The notes under the pieces: generated by a model
Database searches by the model: none
What the model saw: the letters and a program-made list of their open reading frames with translations, nothing else
What the model was told of the DNA's origin: nothing
Translations under genes and position numbers: made by a program
DNA from: an uncultured Clostridia bacterium
GTDB lineage: Bacteria > Bacillota > Clostridia > TANB77 > CAG-465
Assembly (NCBI GenBank): GCA_944388575.1
Contig: CALXJF010000002.1
Coordinates: 10,163 to 74,162 of the forward strand
Reading direction: 5' to 3'
DNA length: 64,000 nt
Shown: positions 8,820 to 18,191 of the stretch, in pieces
Layout: every line of letters begins with the position of its first letter
Position numbering within the stretch: position 1 is the first letter of the stretch

Positions 8820-9699
8820 CAATGAAAAGTTAACTAAAGTTGGAATTAACTGGTATCCAGGACATATGGTAAAAGCACAAAATGAGATAAAGGAAAATTT
8901 AAAATTAATAGATATTGTAGTAGAAGTATTAGATGCAAGAATTCCTTTTTCAAGTAGAAATCCTTTAATTACAGATTTAAAGAAAGATAAACCTGAAATT
9001 GTAGTTTTAAATAAATCAGATATTTCAGATAAAGATCAAAATTTAAAATGGAAGAAATATTTTGAAGAACAAGGAAATACTTGTATATTAACATGTGCTA
9101 ATATTAATGATAATATAAAAAAAATAATAGAAGAGATAAATAAAAAAGGAAAAGAAATATATGATAAAAAATATGAAAATAAAAGTGTTAATATCAGGCC
9201 TATTTATAGAGTTCTAATTGTTGGAATACCAAATGTAGGCAAGTCTACGATAATTAATAAAATCGCAAATAGACAAGCTGCTAATGTTGGAAATAAGCCA
9301 GGTGTGACAAAGAAAAAACAATGGATTAGGGTTAATGGAAATATTGATTTATTAGATACACCGGGATTATTATGGCCAAGACTTGATGACAAAGATGTTG
9401 GACTTAAACTTGCACTTACAGGAAATATTAAACAAGAAATTTTAGATGTTGAAGAATTAGCAGTAAGAGGTATAGATTTTTTAATAAGTAATTCTTGTTA
9501 TAAAGAGATGTTTATACAAAAATATAAATTAGATTTATCTGATTTAGATAATAATGTTTATGATATACTAGAAGTAATCGGAAGAAAAAGGGGATGTTTA
9601 GTGTCTGGAGGAAAGATTGATTTAGAAAAGGCAGCAAATATATTTTTTGAAGATTTTAAGAGTGGAAAAATAGGAAGGATAACCCTAGATATTATATAA
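8809..9699 (+). CDS. rbgA: Ribosome biogenesis GTPase A (YlqF/RbgA)
   Basis: WYPGHMVKAQ motif and circularly permuted GTPase order NKSD (G4), GIPNVGKST (G1), DTPG (G3). ATG 8809 is preferred over GTG 8800 because of RBS spacing. Confidence 0.85.
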   Translation: MINNNEKLTKVGINWYPGHMVKAQNEIKENLKLIDIVVEVLDARIPFSSRNPLITDLKKDKPEIVVLNKSDISDKDQNLKWKKYFEEQGNTCILTCANINDNIKKIIEEINKKGKEIYDKKYENKSVNIRPIYRVLIVGIPNVGKSTIINKIANRQAANVGNKPGVTKKKQWIRVNGNIDLLDTPGLLWPRLDDKDVGLKLALTGNIKQEILDVEELAVRGIDFLISNSCYKEMFIQKYKLDLSDLDNNVYDILEVIGRKRGCLVSGGKIDLEKAANIFFEDFKSGKIGRITLDII

Positions 9700-9720
9700 G
9701 GAGAGAATGTTATAGAAGAA

Positions 9721-10536
9721 ATGATTTTTATATGGCTTTCAAGAATGAAAGAGTTTGATATCTTTAAATTTATAAAATTTTTGAAAGCCTTTAATTCTAT
9801 TGAAAATATTTATAAATTTTCAAACAATAGTTTTTTATTTAAGAGTATTTTAATTCAAAATAGTTTAAAAATTTCTGATAGTTTATTTAATGAATTTACT
9901 AGTAAAATATTTAAAGAGGAAAGTGTACAAATATATAGAAATTTAGTAAATCAAGATATTAAGTTTATTACTTTTTTTTCAAAATTTTATCCAGTTGAAT
10001 TAAAAGGAACTATAAATGCACCATTACTATTGTTAGTTAGTGGTGATTTAAATATATTAGAAACAGAACGTAAAAAGATATATATGTATAGTTCTAATAT
10101 TGAATATGTTAAAAATAATAAGTATCTATATAGCTTATATAGATATATACAAGAAAATCAAAATATAGTAAAGGTTAATATTAATGCAAATAAAAGCATA
10201 ATTATAAATGATGACGTGGATATTTTTGATAAAGATTTTACCTTAAAAAATAGTGATATAAAAGATAATAAGTTATGTTTTTTTATCCCTAGAAAATCTC
10301 TATATAAAGAGGAATTAATTTGTAGTTTATATGATTATTTATTTATACTTAATTCTAATTTTAATATATATATGTGTGAAATAGTTTCGTTAACTCTTGA
10401 TTTTGGTAAAAATATACTTACAATTCCAGGAAATATTAGTGACAAAAACTGTTCTTTTTCTAACTATTTATTAAGAGATGGGGCAAATGTCATTTTAAAT
10501 AAAAAAGATTTAGATTTTTTTATAAATAAGAACTAA
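9721..10536 (+). CDS. DprA/Smf-like protein, strongly divergent
   Basis: FYPVELKGTINAPLLLLVSGD and the C-terminal LTIPGNISDKNCSFSNYLLRDGANVI match DprA landmarks (YP..L...PP.L...G and .PG.i....s.G.N.LI..GA). The central Rossmann motifs look degenerate. Confidence 0.45.
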   Translation: MIFIWLSRMKEFDIFKFIKFLKAFNSIENIYKFSNNSFLFKSILIQNSLKISDSLFNEFTSKIFKEESVQIYRNLVNQDIKFITFFSKFYPVELKGTINAPLLLLVSGDLNILETERKKIYMYSSNIEYVKNNKYLYSLYRYIQENQNIVKVNINANKSIIINDDVDIFDKDFTLKNSDIKDNKLCFFIPRKSLYKEELICSLYDYLFILNSNFNIYMCEIVSLTLDFGKNILTIPGNISDKNCSFSNYLLRDGANVILNKKDLDFFINKN

Positions 10537-10657
10537 ATAATAGTAAAAATAATTGGCAAAAATTTGTTTGAAAATGTCGTTACAAAACATTTACAAATGC
10601 TAAAAACTAGTATATAATATTGGTGATGAAAACTAAAGATGAAAGGAGTTGAAAAAT

Positions 10658-11803
10658 ATGCAAAGATTACAACTTGGTGAAGATGAAAAAATTACGAGAA
10701 AAGAATACTTAAAAAGAAAGAAAAAACAGGCAAGTAATTTAAAACAAAGAAGTAAAATTACATATATTATGATATTTTGCATAGTAGTTATTAGTATATA
10801 TTTAGCAACTCAAATTTATGTATATAGTAAAGAAAATAATTTTAAATATGTAGAAGGTGATCAATTAAAATCTCAAAAAGTATATAATGTATATTATGTT
10901 ACCGAAGGATATACATATAATCCTGTATATACTTTAAATAGTATTTATTCTAATGGATTTGAGGATAAAATTGTTTATTCAAATAGTGGACTTACAAATA
11001 TAACAGTGAGTGGAGATTATATATATGGTACAAAAGAAAGTGGTTTATATAGAATAAATAAAAATGATAGTAATGAAATAGAGCCTTTAGTGGAAAAAGA
11101 TTTAATAAAATTTACTGTAGATTCTGATATTGTTTATTTTACTCAAGGAAGTGATAATAGTTTAAAGAGCTTAAATGTTAATACAAAGGAAATTAAAGAG
11201 TTAGGCATTGATAATATTTCGGAAATTATCTATGATGAAACTAATATTTATGTTGTTAAAGATGAGAAGACTAAAAAAACTTTGTATAAAGTAAATAAAG
11301 AAAGTAATGAAAAAAGTGAACTTACTAAAGATTCAAATGTTTCATATATAACAGAAAGTGGCGATAATTTATACTATGTTAACAAAAAGGATGGAAATAA
11401 AATATACTCTATTAGTAAAAATGGTGAAAATGAATCTAAAGTAGCAGATATTGTTACTGTATCTGATAAGGGTGAGATTAAAGAAGTAGATGGTTCAAAG
11501 TACATGTTTGTTAATAATGGATTTTTATTCTATGTTAATGTTGAAGATTCTAATTCTTTGTGGAAAATAAATTTGGACACTAAACAAACAGAGAAGGTTA
11601 TACCTGTGGCAGTAGAAATCCTTCAAGATATTGGTGGAACAGTTTTTTATAAGGTAAAAGGTGAGATGGGAGTATATTTGTACAATTATGAAACTAACTT
11701 TATGTCTCAAGTTACAAAGAGAAAAATAAAAGAGTTTTTTGTAGATAAATCTGTTGAGATTCAAAATAGTACTCAAAATACAGAGGGATTAAGTAAAAAT
11801 TAA
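10658..11803 (+). CDS. Membrane-anchored repeat protein (DUF5050-like beta-propeller)
   Basis: One TM helix after a basic N-terminus, then repeated units of the type D.IYY/VYF......LY(K/S)(I/V)NK. ATG 10658 is preferred (9 nt after aaaggag). Confidence 0.5.
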   Translation: MQRLQLGEDEKITRKEYLKRKKKQASNLKQRSKITYIMIFCIVVISIYLATQIYVYSKENNFKYVEGDQLKSQKVYNVYYVTEGYTYNPVYTLNSIYSNGFEDKIVYSNSGLTNITVSGDYIYGTKESGLYRINKNDSNEIEPLVEKDLIKFTVDSDIVYFTQGSDNSLKSLNVNTKEIKELGIDNISEIIYDETNIYVVKDEKTKKTLYKVNKESNEKSELTKDSNVSYITESGDNLYYVNKKDGNKIYSISKNGENESKVADIVTVSDKGEIKEVDGSKYMFVNNGFLFYVNVEDSNSLWKINLDTKQTEKVIPVAVEILQDIGGTVFYKVKGEMGVYLYNYETNFMSQVTKRKIKEFFVDKSVEIQNSTQNTEGLSKN

Positions 11804-11811
11804 TAAATTAG

Positions 11812-11845
11812 AGTAACAGAATATTAAGGTATTTTGTTACTTTTT
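11812..11845 (+). terminator. Rho-independent terminator
   Basis: agtaacagaata / tattttgttact hairpin followed by tttt. Confidence 0.6.
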
Positions 11846-12026
11846 CATACTTGATATAAAAAATAACAATAAATATGATAGTAAATCTTTTGTTTAGTAT
11901 ATATAAAAAATGATAAATTTGGCGTTTAAATTAGCTTTATTTTTAATATTTTTCTTGATATTTGAGTATTTATATAATATAATATGATTATTGTATTATA
12001 CCTAAAAGAAAGGTTAAAGATAAAGT

Positions 12027-12911
12027 ATGAAGAAGATAAAACTAATATATAATTCTGGCGCAGGTCAAAGTAAATTTAGATATTTTTTGGATACAATTAT
12101 AGAGAAGTTTATGCAAAATGGAATTGAGGTTTCTGTATTTAGGGCAGGAAAGAAAACAAATCTCTATGAATTTTTAAAAGATGTTGATAAGGAAAATTGT
12201 TATGGTATTATAGTTGCTGGTGGAGACGGGACTATAAATAGGGTAGTTAATGTTATGATGCAAAATAATATAAAAACGCCGTTGGGAATAATACCTGCTG
12301 GTACATCAAATGATTTTGCTAAACATATAAAAATGCCAGCAAATTTTTCTGAATGTATAGATAGAATTTTAACTGGTAATGTACAACAAGTGGACGTTGG
12401 ACTGGCAAATAATAAGTATTTTATAAATGTCTGTTCTGCAGGACTATTTACAAATGCTTCACAAAAGGCAGATAAGAATTTAAAAAATGCCATAGGTAAA
12501 TTATCATATTTTATTACTGCCGGTGAACAACTTGTAAAATTTAGACCTTTTAGTGTAAAAATTGAGACTGAAAAAGATATTATAATTGAAAAGATTAATC
12601 TTTTTTTAGTGTTTAATGGAAGTAGTGTTGGTGGTATAGATAAATTTACATCTAATTCTAGTATACAAGATGGATTACTCGATGTAGTTATATTAAAAAA
12701 TTGGAAATTTTATCAAGTTCCATCAATTGTTACAAATGTTCTTAGAGGTAACCATTATGAAGATGAGAATATAATTTATTTAAAAGAAAAATGGATAAAA
12801 ATAAATAAAATAAAAGGGAAATGTGATAGACCAGATGTTGATGGTGATGAAGGTCCAAATTTTCCATTACATATAAAATGTATTGAAAAAGGAATTAATT
12901 TATTTTTATAA
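12027..12911 (+). CDS. Diacylglycerol/lipid kinase family protein (YegS/DagK-like)
   Basis: Catalytic-domain motif VAGGDGTINRV and GIIPAGTSNDFA. Confidence 0.8.
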   Translation: MKKIKLIYNSGAGQSKFRYFLDTIIEKFMQNGIEVSVFRAGKKTNLYEFLKDVDKENCYGIIVAGGDGTINRVVNVMMQNNIKTPLGIIPAGTSNDFAKHIKMPANFSECIDRILTGNVQQVDVGLANNKYFINVCSAGLFTNASQKADKNLKNAIGKLSYFITAGEQLVKFRPFSVKIETEKDIIIEKINLFLVFNGSSVGGIDKFTSNSSIQDGLLDVVILKNWKFYQVPSIVTNVLRGNHYEDENIIYLKEKWIKINKIKGKCDRPDVDGDEGPNFPLHIKCIEKGINLFL

Positions 12912-12935
12912 TTATTAATAAAAGGAAGGATATAT

Positions 12936-15425
12936 ATGTATAATAAAAAGATAGATGAAAAATGGCAAAAAAAATGGGAAGAAACTAATATTGCTAAATT
13001 TAATAAAGAGAATATAGGAAAAAAATATTATTGCTTAGAAATGTTTTCTTATCCTTCAGGTGCAAAATTACATGTTGGCCATTGGTATAATTATGGACCT
13101 GTAGATACTTTTGCTAGGTTTAAGAAAATGCAGGGATTTGAAGTTTTTCAACCTATGGGATTTGATGCTTTTGGACTTCCAGCGGAAAATTATGCAATAA
13201 AAACAGGTATTCATCCTTATGATTCAACTATGAAGAATATAGAAACTATGGAAAAACAATTAAAAGAAATGGGAGCTATGTTTAACTGGGATAGTGAAGT
13301 TATAACTTGTAAAGAGGATTATTACAAATGGACACAATGGCTTTTTTTAAAACTATATGAAAGAGGACTAGCTTATAGAAAAAAAGCTAATGTTAATTGG
13401 TGTCCAAGCTGTAATACTGTTCTTGCTAATGAACAAGTTATAGATGGATTATGTGAAAGATGTAGTAGTGTTGTAACAAAAAAAGATTTAACCCAATGGT
13501 TTTTTAAAATAACTGATTATGCTGAGGAGTTACTTAGTGGATTAGACGAACTAGATTGGCCTGAAAAAACGAAAAAAATTCAAACGAACTGGATAGGAAA
13601 ATCAACTGGTTCTATAGTAACATTTGATGTGGAAAATAGTGATTTATCTTTTGATGTATTTACTACAAGAGTTGATACTTTGATGGGAGTTACTTACGTA
13701 GTGGTAGCACCTGAGCATGAAATTGTACCTAAAATAACTACAAAATCATGTGAAAAAGAAGTAAATGAGTATATAGAGAAATGTAAACTTATTAAAGAAA
13801 TAGACAGATTAGCTGAAAATAGAGAAAAAACAGGAGTATTTACAGGAAGTTATGCTATTCATCCTATAACTAAAGCAAGAGTTCCTATTTGGATTGCAGA
13901 TTATGTATTAGCTACATATGGAACTGGTTGTGTGATGGCTGTTCCTGCACACGATGAGAGAGATTTTGAGTTTGCCAAAAAATATAAGTTAAATTTAAAG
14001 CAAGTTATTATACCCAAAATGATAGGTGAAGAAAAATCTGATTTAAAGGATAAATTTAAGTTTGAAGAGTTATTAGATAAAAAAGCGTATACAGAAAAAG
14101 GTATACTAATTAATTCTGGTGAGTTTGATTCTTTAACTTCTGAAGAGGCTAAAGAAAAAATAACAAAAAAATTAAAAAGCATAAATAAAGGAGATTTTAA
14201 GGTAACATATAGACTTCGTGATTGGTTGGTTTCTCGTCAAAGATATTGGGGAGCTCCAATTCCAGTTGTCTATTGTGAAAAATGTGGTGTTGTACCAGTA
14301 CCCGAAAAGGATTTACCAGTAAAGTTGCCATACAATGTAGAATTTAAACCAGACGGAAAAAGTCCACTTGCAAAGTCTGAAGAGTTTGTAAATACAGTTT
14401 GTCCTCATTGTGGAGGAAAAGCTAAAAGAGAAACAGATACATTAGATACTTTTGTATGCTCATCTTGGTATCAGTTTAGATATCCTGATAATAAAAATAG
14501 TGAAAAAATATTTGATACAGATTGGATCGATAAGATGCTGCCTGTAGATAAATATGTTGGTGGACCAGAACATGCAGCAATGCATTTATTATATGCTAGA
14601 TTTATAACTAAAGTTTTAAGAGATGCAGGGCTTACAAAAGTGAGCGAACCTTTTAAATCTCTTGTTCATCAAGGATTAATACTTGGTCCTGATGGAAATA
14701 AAATGAGTAAGTCAAAAGGAAACGTTATATCGCCAGATGATTATGTTGAAAAATATGGTTCGGATGTATTTAGAATGTATTTAATGTTTGGATTTAGTTA
14801 TGTTGAAGGTGGACCTTGGAGTGAAGAAGGAGTCACTTCTATGTCTAAATTTGTATCAAGACTTCAAAGGATATTGGAAACAATAAATTCATTAGGGAAT
14901 AATGAAAAAACAGAATATACAAAATCAGATAAAGATTTGTTATACGTTTTTAATTTCTCTTTAAAGGGAATTATAGCAGACTTAGAACAAATGCAATTTA
15001 ATACGGCAATAGCTAAAATAATGGAAATAACAAATGCTTTATATAAATATGTTGCTAATGTAAAAGAACAAGAGCAAAATGTTAAGTTGTTAAAAGAAAT
15101 AGCTATAAAATTTATACAAGTAATATCTCCTTTTATGCCTCATTTTGCCGAAGAAATGTGGAGTATATACAATATGCCATTTTCTGTATTTAATACTAGC
15201 TATCCAATAGTAGAAGAAAAATATTTGATTTCAGATACAATTGAGCTTGCGGTACAGGTAAATGGTGTAGTAAGATACAAAATAATAGTTCCATCTTCTG
15301 CAGATGAAACAGAAATCGAAAAAATTGCTTTAGAGCATGAAAGACTAAAGGATTATTTGGTTAACAAAACTATAAAGAAAGTCATTGTAGTAAAATCTCG
15401 AATTGTAAATATTGTAATAGGATAG
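12936..15425 (+). CDS. leuS: Leucine--tRNA ligase
   Basis: 829 aa. HIGH region (LHVGHWYNY), KMSKSKGN, and an editing-domain insertion. The overall layout is typical of bacterial LeuRS. Confidence 0.95.
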   Translation: MYNKKIDEKWQKKWEETNIAKFNKENIGKKYYCLEMFSYPSGAKLHVGHWYNYGPVDTFARFKKMQGFEVFQPMGFDAFGLPAENYAIKTGIHPYDSTMKNIETMEKQLKEMGAMFNWDSEVITCKEDYYKWTQWLFLKLYERGLAYRKKANVNWCPSCNTVLANEQVIDGLCERCSSVVTKKDLTQWFFKITDYAEELLSGLDELDWPEKTKKIQTNWIGKSTGSIVTFDVENSDLSFDVFTTRVDTLMGVTYVVVAPEHEIVPKITTKSCEKEVNEYIEKCKLIKEIDRLAENREKTGVFTGSYAIHPITKARVPIWIADYVLATYGTGCVMAVPAHDERDFEFAKKYKLNLKQVIIPKMIGEEKSDLKDKFKFEELLDKKAYTEKGILINSGEFDSLTSEEAKEKITKKLKSINKGDFKVTYRLRDWLVSRQRYWGAPIPVVYCEKCGVVPVPEKDLPVKLPYNVEFKPDGKSPLAKSEEFVNTVCPHCGGKAKRETDTLDTFVCSSWYQFRYPDNKNSEKIFDTDWIDKMLPVDKYVGGPEHAAMHLLYARFITKVLRDAGLTKVSEPFKSLVHQGLILGPDGNKMSKSKGNVISPDDYVEKYGSDVFRMYLMFGFSYVEGGPWSEEGVTSMSKFVSRLQRILETINSLGNNEKTEYTKSDKDLLYVFNFSLKGIIADLEQMQFNTAIAKIMEITNALYKYVANVKEQEQNVKLLKEIAIKFIQVISPFMPHFAEEMWSIYNMPFSVFNTSYPIVEEKYLISDTIELAVQVNGVVRYKIIVPSSADETEIEKIALEHERLKDYLVNKTIKKVIVVKSRIVNIVIG

Positions 15426-15441
15426 AAAAAGGAAAGAGGTT

Positions 15442-16905
15442 GTGAGTTTGAATATTGATGCAAATCTAATATATACATACTTAGTATATTTGCTAGAAGT
15501 TTCAGCTTTAATTATCATTGGAATGCTTGTTTACAAGTTATTTGAATTTGATAAAAATAAAGAGAATAAAATTGTAAAGAAACAAGCTTTAACAGATCAA
15601 CTTACAGGACGTGGTAATAGATATATGTTTCAAGCTGTTTTAGATAAATTGATTGCTAAGAAAAAAAAGTTTGCAGTATGTTTTATGGACCTTGATGGCT
15701 TTAAACAAATAAATGATACCATGGGACATGATGCAGGAGATGAACTGCTAGTAGCTTTGTCTAATACTTTTGAAAGTAAATTACCAAAAAATGCTACAGC
15801 TTATAGACTTGGTGGTGACGAATTTTCTATAATAATTGAAGATATAAAAACCGTTGCTGATATTACAACTTTGTTAGATAATCTAAAAGAAGAGCTAAAT
15901 GTTCCTTTTACAATTGAAAACACAAATATTACTTTACAATATAGTTTAGGGGTGGCAATTTATCCTGAAGATGCAGATAATAGACAAGATTTATTAACTT
16001 ATGCTGATGATGCTATGTATTATATAAAAGAACATGGTAAAAATGGTTATTATTTTCATAATAAGTCATTAAAGGCTAAACTTGAAAATGATACTAAAAT
16101 GCAAGCGGATTTAAAAAAAGCTTTTGAAAATAATGAATTTAATTTTTCTATGCAACCAAGAATTGATACTAAAGATATAAATAAAATTTGTTTTGAAGCA
16201 TTACTTTACTGGTCACATCCGGTTCTTGGCAAGTTAACATCAGAGTATTTTATAAAACAAGCGGATGAAATTGCTTTAACTATTAAGCTAGATCAATACA
16301 TATTAGATAAAGTTTGTACTAAATTAGAAGATTTAAAACAAAAGGGTTTTAAAAATATTCAAATGGCTGTTAACATATCTAATAGGCATATGGTAAAGAA
16401 AGAATTTATAGATAAGTTATGTGATATTTTGAATAAACATAATATCGAAAAAGGTGAGATTGTAATTGAACTTACGGATACTATAGAGGTAAGTAAAATA
16501 GAGAATTATAAAGTGATGTTTGAAAGATTAAAAACAAGTGGAGTTGAAATTGTTGTTAATAATCTTGAGGTTAAGTATGAATCTTTAGCTTTATTTCAAG
16601 ATTTACAAATTGATGCAATTAAGCTTTCATCAATATATGTTGCAGAAAATAGTAAATTTTCAGTAGATATATTAGAAAATATTGTGAAGGTATGTAAGAA
16701 TTTGAATTATAATGTGATAATTGGTAGAATTGATGAAGAATGTGAACTAGAAAATTCTATTAGAAGTGGAGCAGATAGTATACAAGGAAATTTAATATTT
16801 AAATCTATGGATGAAGAACTTGTTGAAACTTTTTTAAATGAATATGGAAATTATAAAAATAGAATAGAAAACATAATTATAAACGCAAAGAATACAAAAA
16901 AATAA
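15442..16905 (+). CDS. Membrane-anchored diguanylate cyclase (GGDEF) with a degenerate EAL domain
   Basis: GTG start. RLGGDEFSII motif is present. The C-terminal half begins QPRID...FEALLYW (EAL present). The DDFGTG position reads VNNLEVKY and the ELTE position reads ELTD. Confidence 0.8.
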   Translation: MSLNIDANLIYTYLVYLLEVSALIIIGMLVYKLFEFDKNKENKIVKKQALTDQLTGRGNRYMFQAVLDKLIAKKKKFAVCFMDLDGFKQINDTMGHDAGDELLVALSNTFESKLPKNATAYRLGGDEFSIIIEDIKTVADITTLLDNLKEELNVPFTIENTNITLQYSLGVAIYPEDADNRQDLLTYADDAMYYIKEHGKNGYYFHNKSLKAKLENDTKMQADLKKAFENNEFNFSMQPRIDTKDINKICFEALLYWSHPVLGKLTSEYFIKQADEIALTIKLDQYILDKVCTKLEDLKQKGFKNIQMAVNISNRHMVKKEFIDKLCDILNKHNIEKGEIVIELTDTIEVSKIENYKVMFERLKTSGVEIVVNNLEVKYESLALFQDLQIDAIKLSSIYVAENSKFSVDILENIVKVCKNLNYNVIIGRIDEECELENSIRSGADSIQGNLIFKSMDEELVETFLNEYGNYKNRIENIIINAKNTKK

Positions 16906-16922
16906 ATAATTAATTAATAGAT

Positions 16923-16961
16923 AAAGAACTGGTTTAGTTATATGAACCAGTTCTTTCTTTT
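16923..16961 (+). terminator. Rho-independent terminator
   Basis: aaagaactggtt / aaccagttcttt perfect 12-bp stem followed by a T-rich tail. Confidence 0.75.
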
Positions 16962-17044
16962 GTGCTGAAAATAAATGTTTTACAGATTGTGTAATAAATA
17001 TGAAAAAAAAGTGAAATATTAGTGTAAAAAAATGTCTAAAATCG

Positions 17045-17073
17045 TTGACAACTAAATATAAAAATAATATAAT
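17045..17073 (+). promoter_or_regulatory. Sigma-A-type promoter candidate
   Basis: TTGACA (17045-17050), 17-nt spacer, TATAAT (17068-17073). Confidence 0.5.
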
Positions 17074-17115
17074 AGTTTTACATTCTAAACTTGTTATATG
17101 TAATAAGGTGGTTAA

Positions 17116-18159
17116 ATGAGAAAAATAAAAATAAGCAGAAAGAGTATACTTTTAACGATTTTAATAGTTATTTTAATTTTAATATTAGTTTTAGTTACTA
17201 TTGGAGTTGTAAGTATATTTATGGGAAGAAGAACTGTAATTTCAATTAATGGTGTAAATTATTCGCAAAATGATTATATGATGTATTTAAGATTAGCTAA
17301 AAATAATTTATTTGATGAAGAAACAACAAGATTACCCAAGGCTACTTTGAATACTATAGTTGATAGCGATACTAATTTAAATACGGAGCAGTATTTAAGA
17401 CAAAAAACAGAGGAAAATTTAAAAATTGCTGGAGCAATTGAAAAGATTGCTTCTGAGAATAATATAGTTTTATCTAGTGAAGATGAACAACAATTAGAAA
17501 AAGACAAACAGGAATATATAGATAAGCTTGGAGGAAAGTTAAAGTTTTGTAAATTTTTATATGATAATAGAACATCAGAAGAGGCATATGATAAAATTGC
17601 AAGATTAGATAAATTATATACAAAAGTTTACGATGAACTGTACGCAAGTGGAAAAGAAAAAGATTTAACAGAAAAAGAAATAAGAGAAGCTGAGTCTACC
17701 TATCAGATAGAATATAAAAAAGCAAGACAGATTTTTCTTTTAACTGTAGATCCTACAACTAAAGATGATTTATCAGATTCGGTGATTGAACAGAAAAAAT
17801 TGTTGGCACAAACTATTAGAAATGAGTTGAATGAAAATAGTGATTTTGACGAGTATATAAAGAAATATAGTGATGATGCAATTGATAAAGAGCCACCGTA
17901 TGATATGTATTTTAAATCTGGTCAAATGATAGAAGAGATTGAGGATGCAGTTAATGAATTGCAAGTTGGTCAAATTAGCCCAGTAATAAAATCGGAATAT
18001 GGTTTTCATATTATAAAACGTGATGAACTAGATGATGGATATTTTCAAAAGTATTTAGATAGTAAAAGAGAGAATAAATTTTTGACAGAGATATATGATA
18101 CAGTCAAGGAATGTAAAATAATTATTCAAGATAGTTTTACTACTCTTAGAGTAGATTAA
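17116..18159 (+). CDS. PrsA/SurA-like peptidyl-prolyl isomerase (PpiC-type), membrane anchored
   Basis: N-terminal TM helix and a C-terminal parvulin motif (VGQISPVIKSEYGFHIIKRD). Confidence 0.7.
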   Translation: MRKIKISRKSILLTILIVILILILVLVTIGVVSIFMGRRTVISINGVNYSQNDYMMYLRLAKNNLFDEETTRLPKATLNTIVDSDTNLNTEQYLRQKTEENLKIAGAIEKIASENNIVLSSEDEQQLEKDKQEYIDKLGGKLKFCKFLYDNRTSEEAYDKIARLDKLYTKVYDELYASGKEKDLTEKEIREAESTYQIEYKKARQIFLLTVDPTTKDDLSDSVIEQKKLLAQTIRNELNENSDFDEYIKKYSDDAIDKEPPYDMYFKSGQMIEEIEDAVNELQVGQISPVIKSEYGFHIIKRDELDDGYFQKYLDSKRENKFLTEIYDTVKECKIIIQDSFTTLRVD

Positions 18160-18191
18160 CTATAAATATTATATTAAAAGGAGGAGCAGAT

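Noticed and set aside
12912-12935. Expected T-box leader upstream of aaRS genes (leuS 12936, MetRS-like 42379, proS 57595)
   Set aside because: The intergenic spaces are only 24, 25 and 14 nt. This is far too short for a ~200-nt T-box, and no specifier or T-box sequence is visible.
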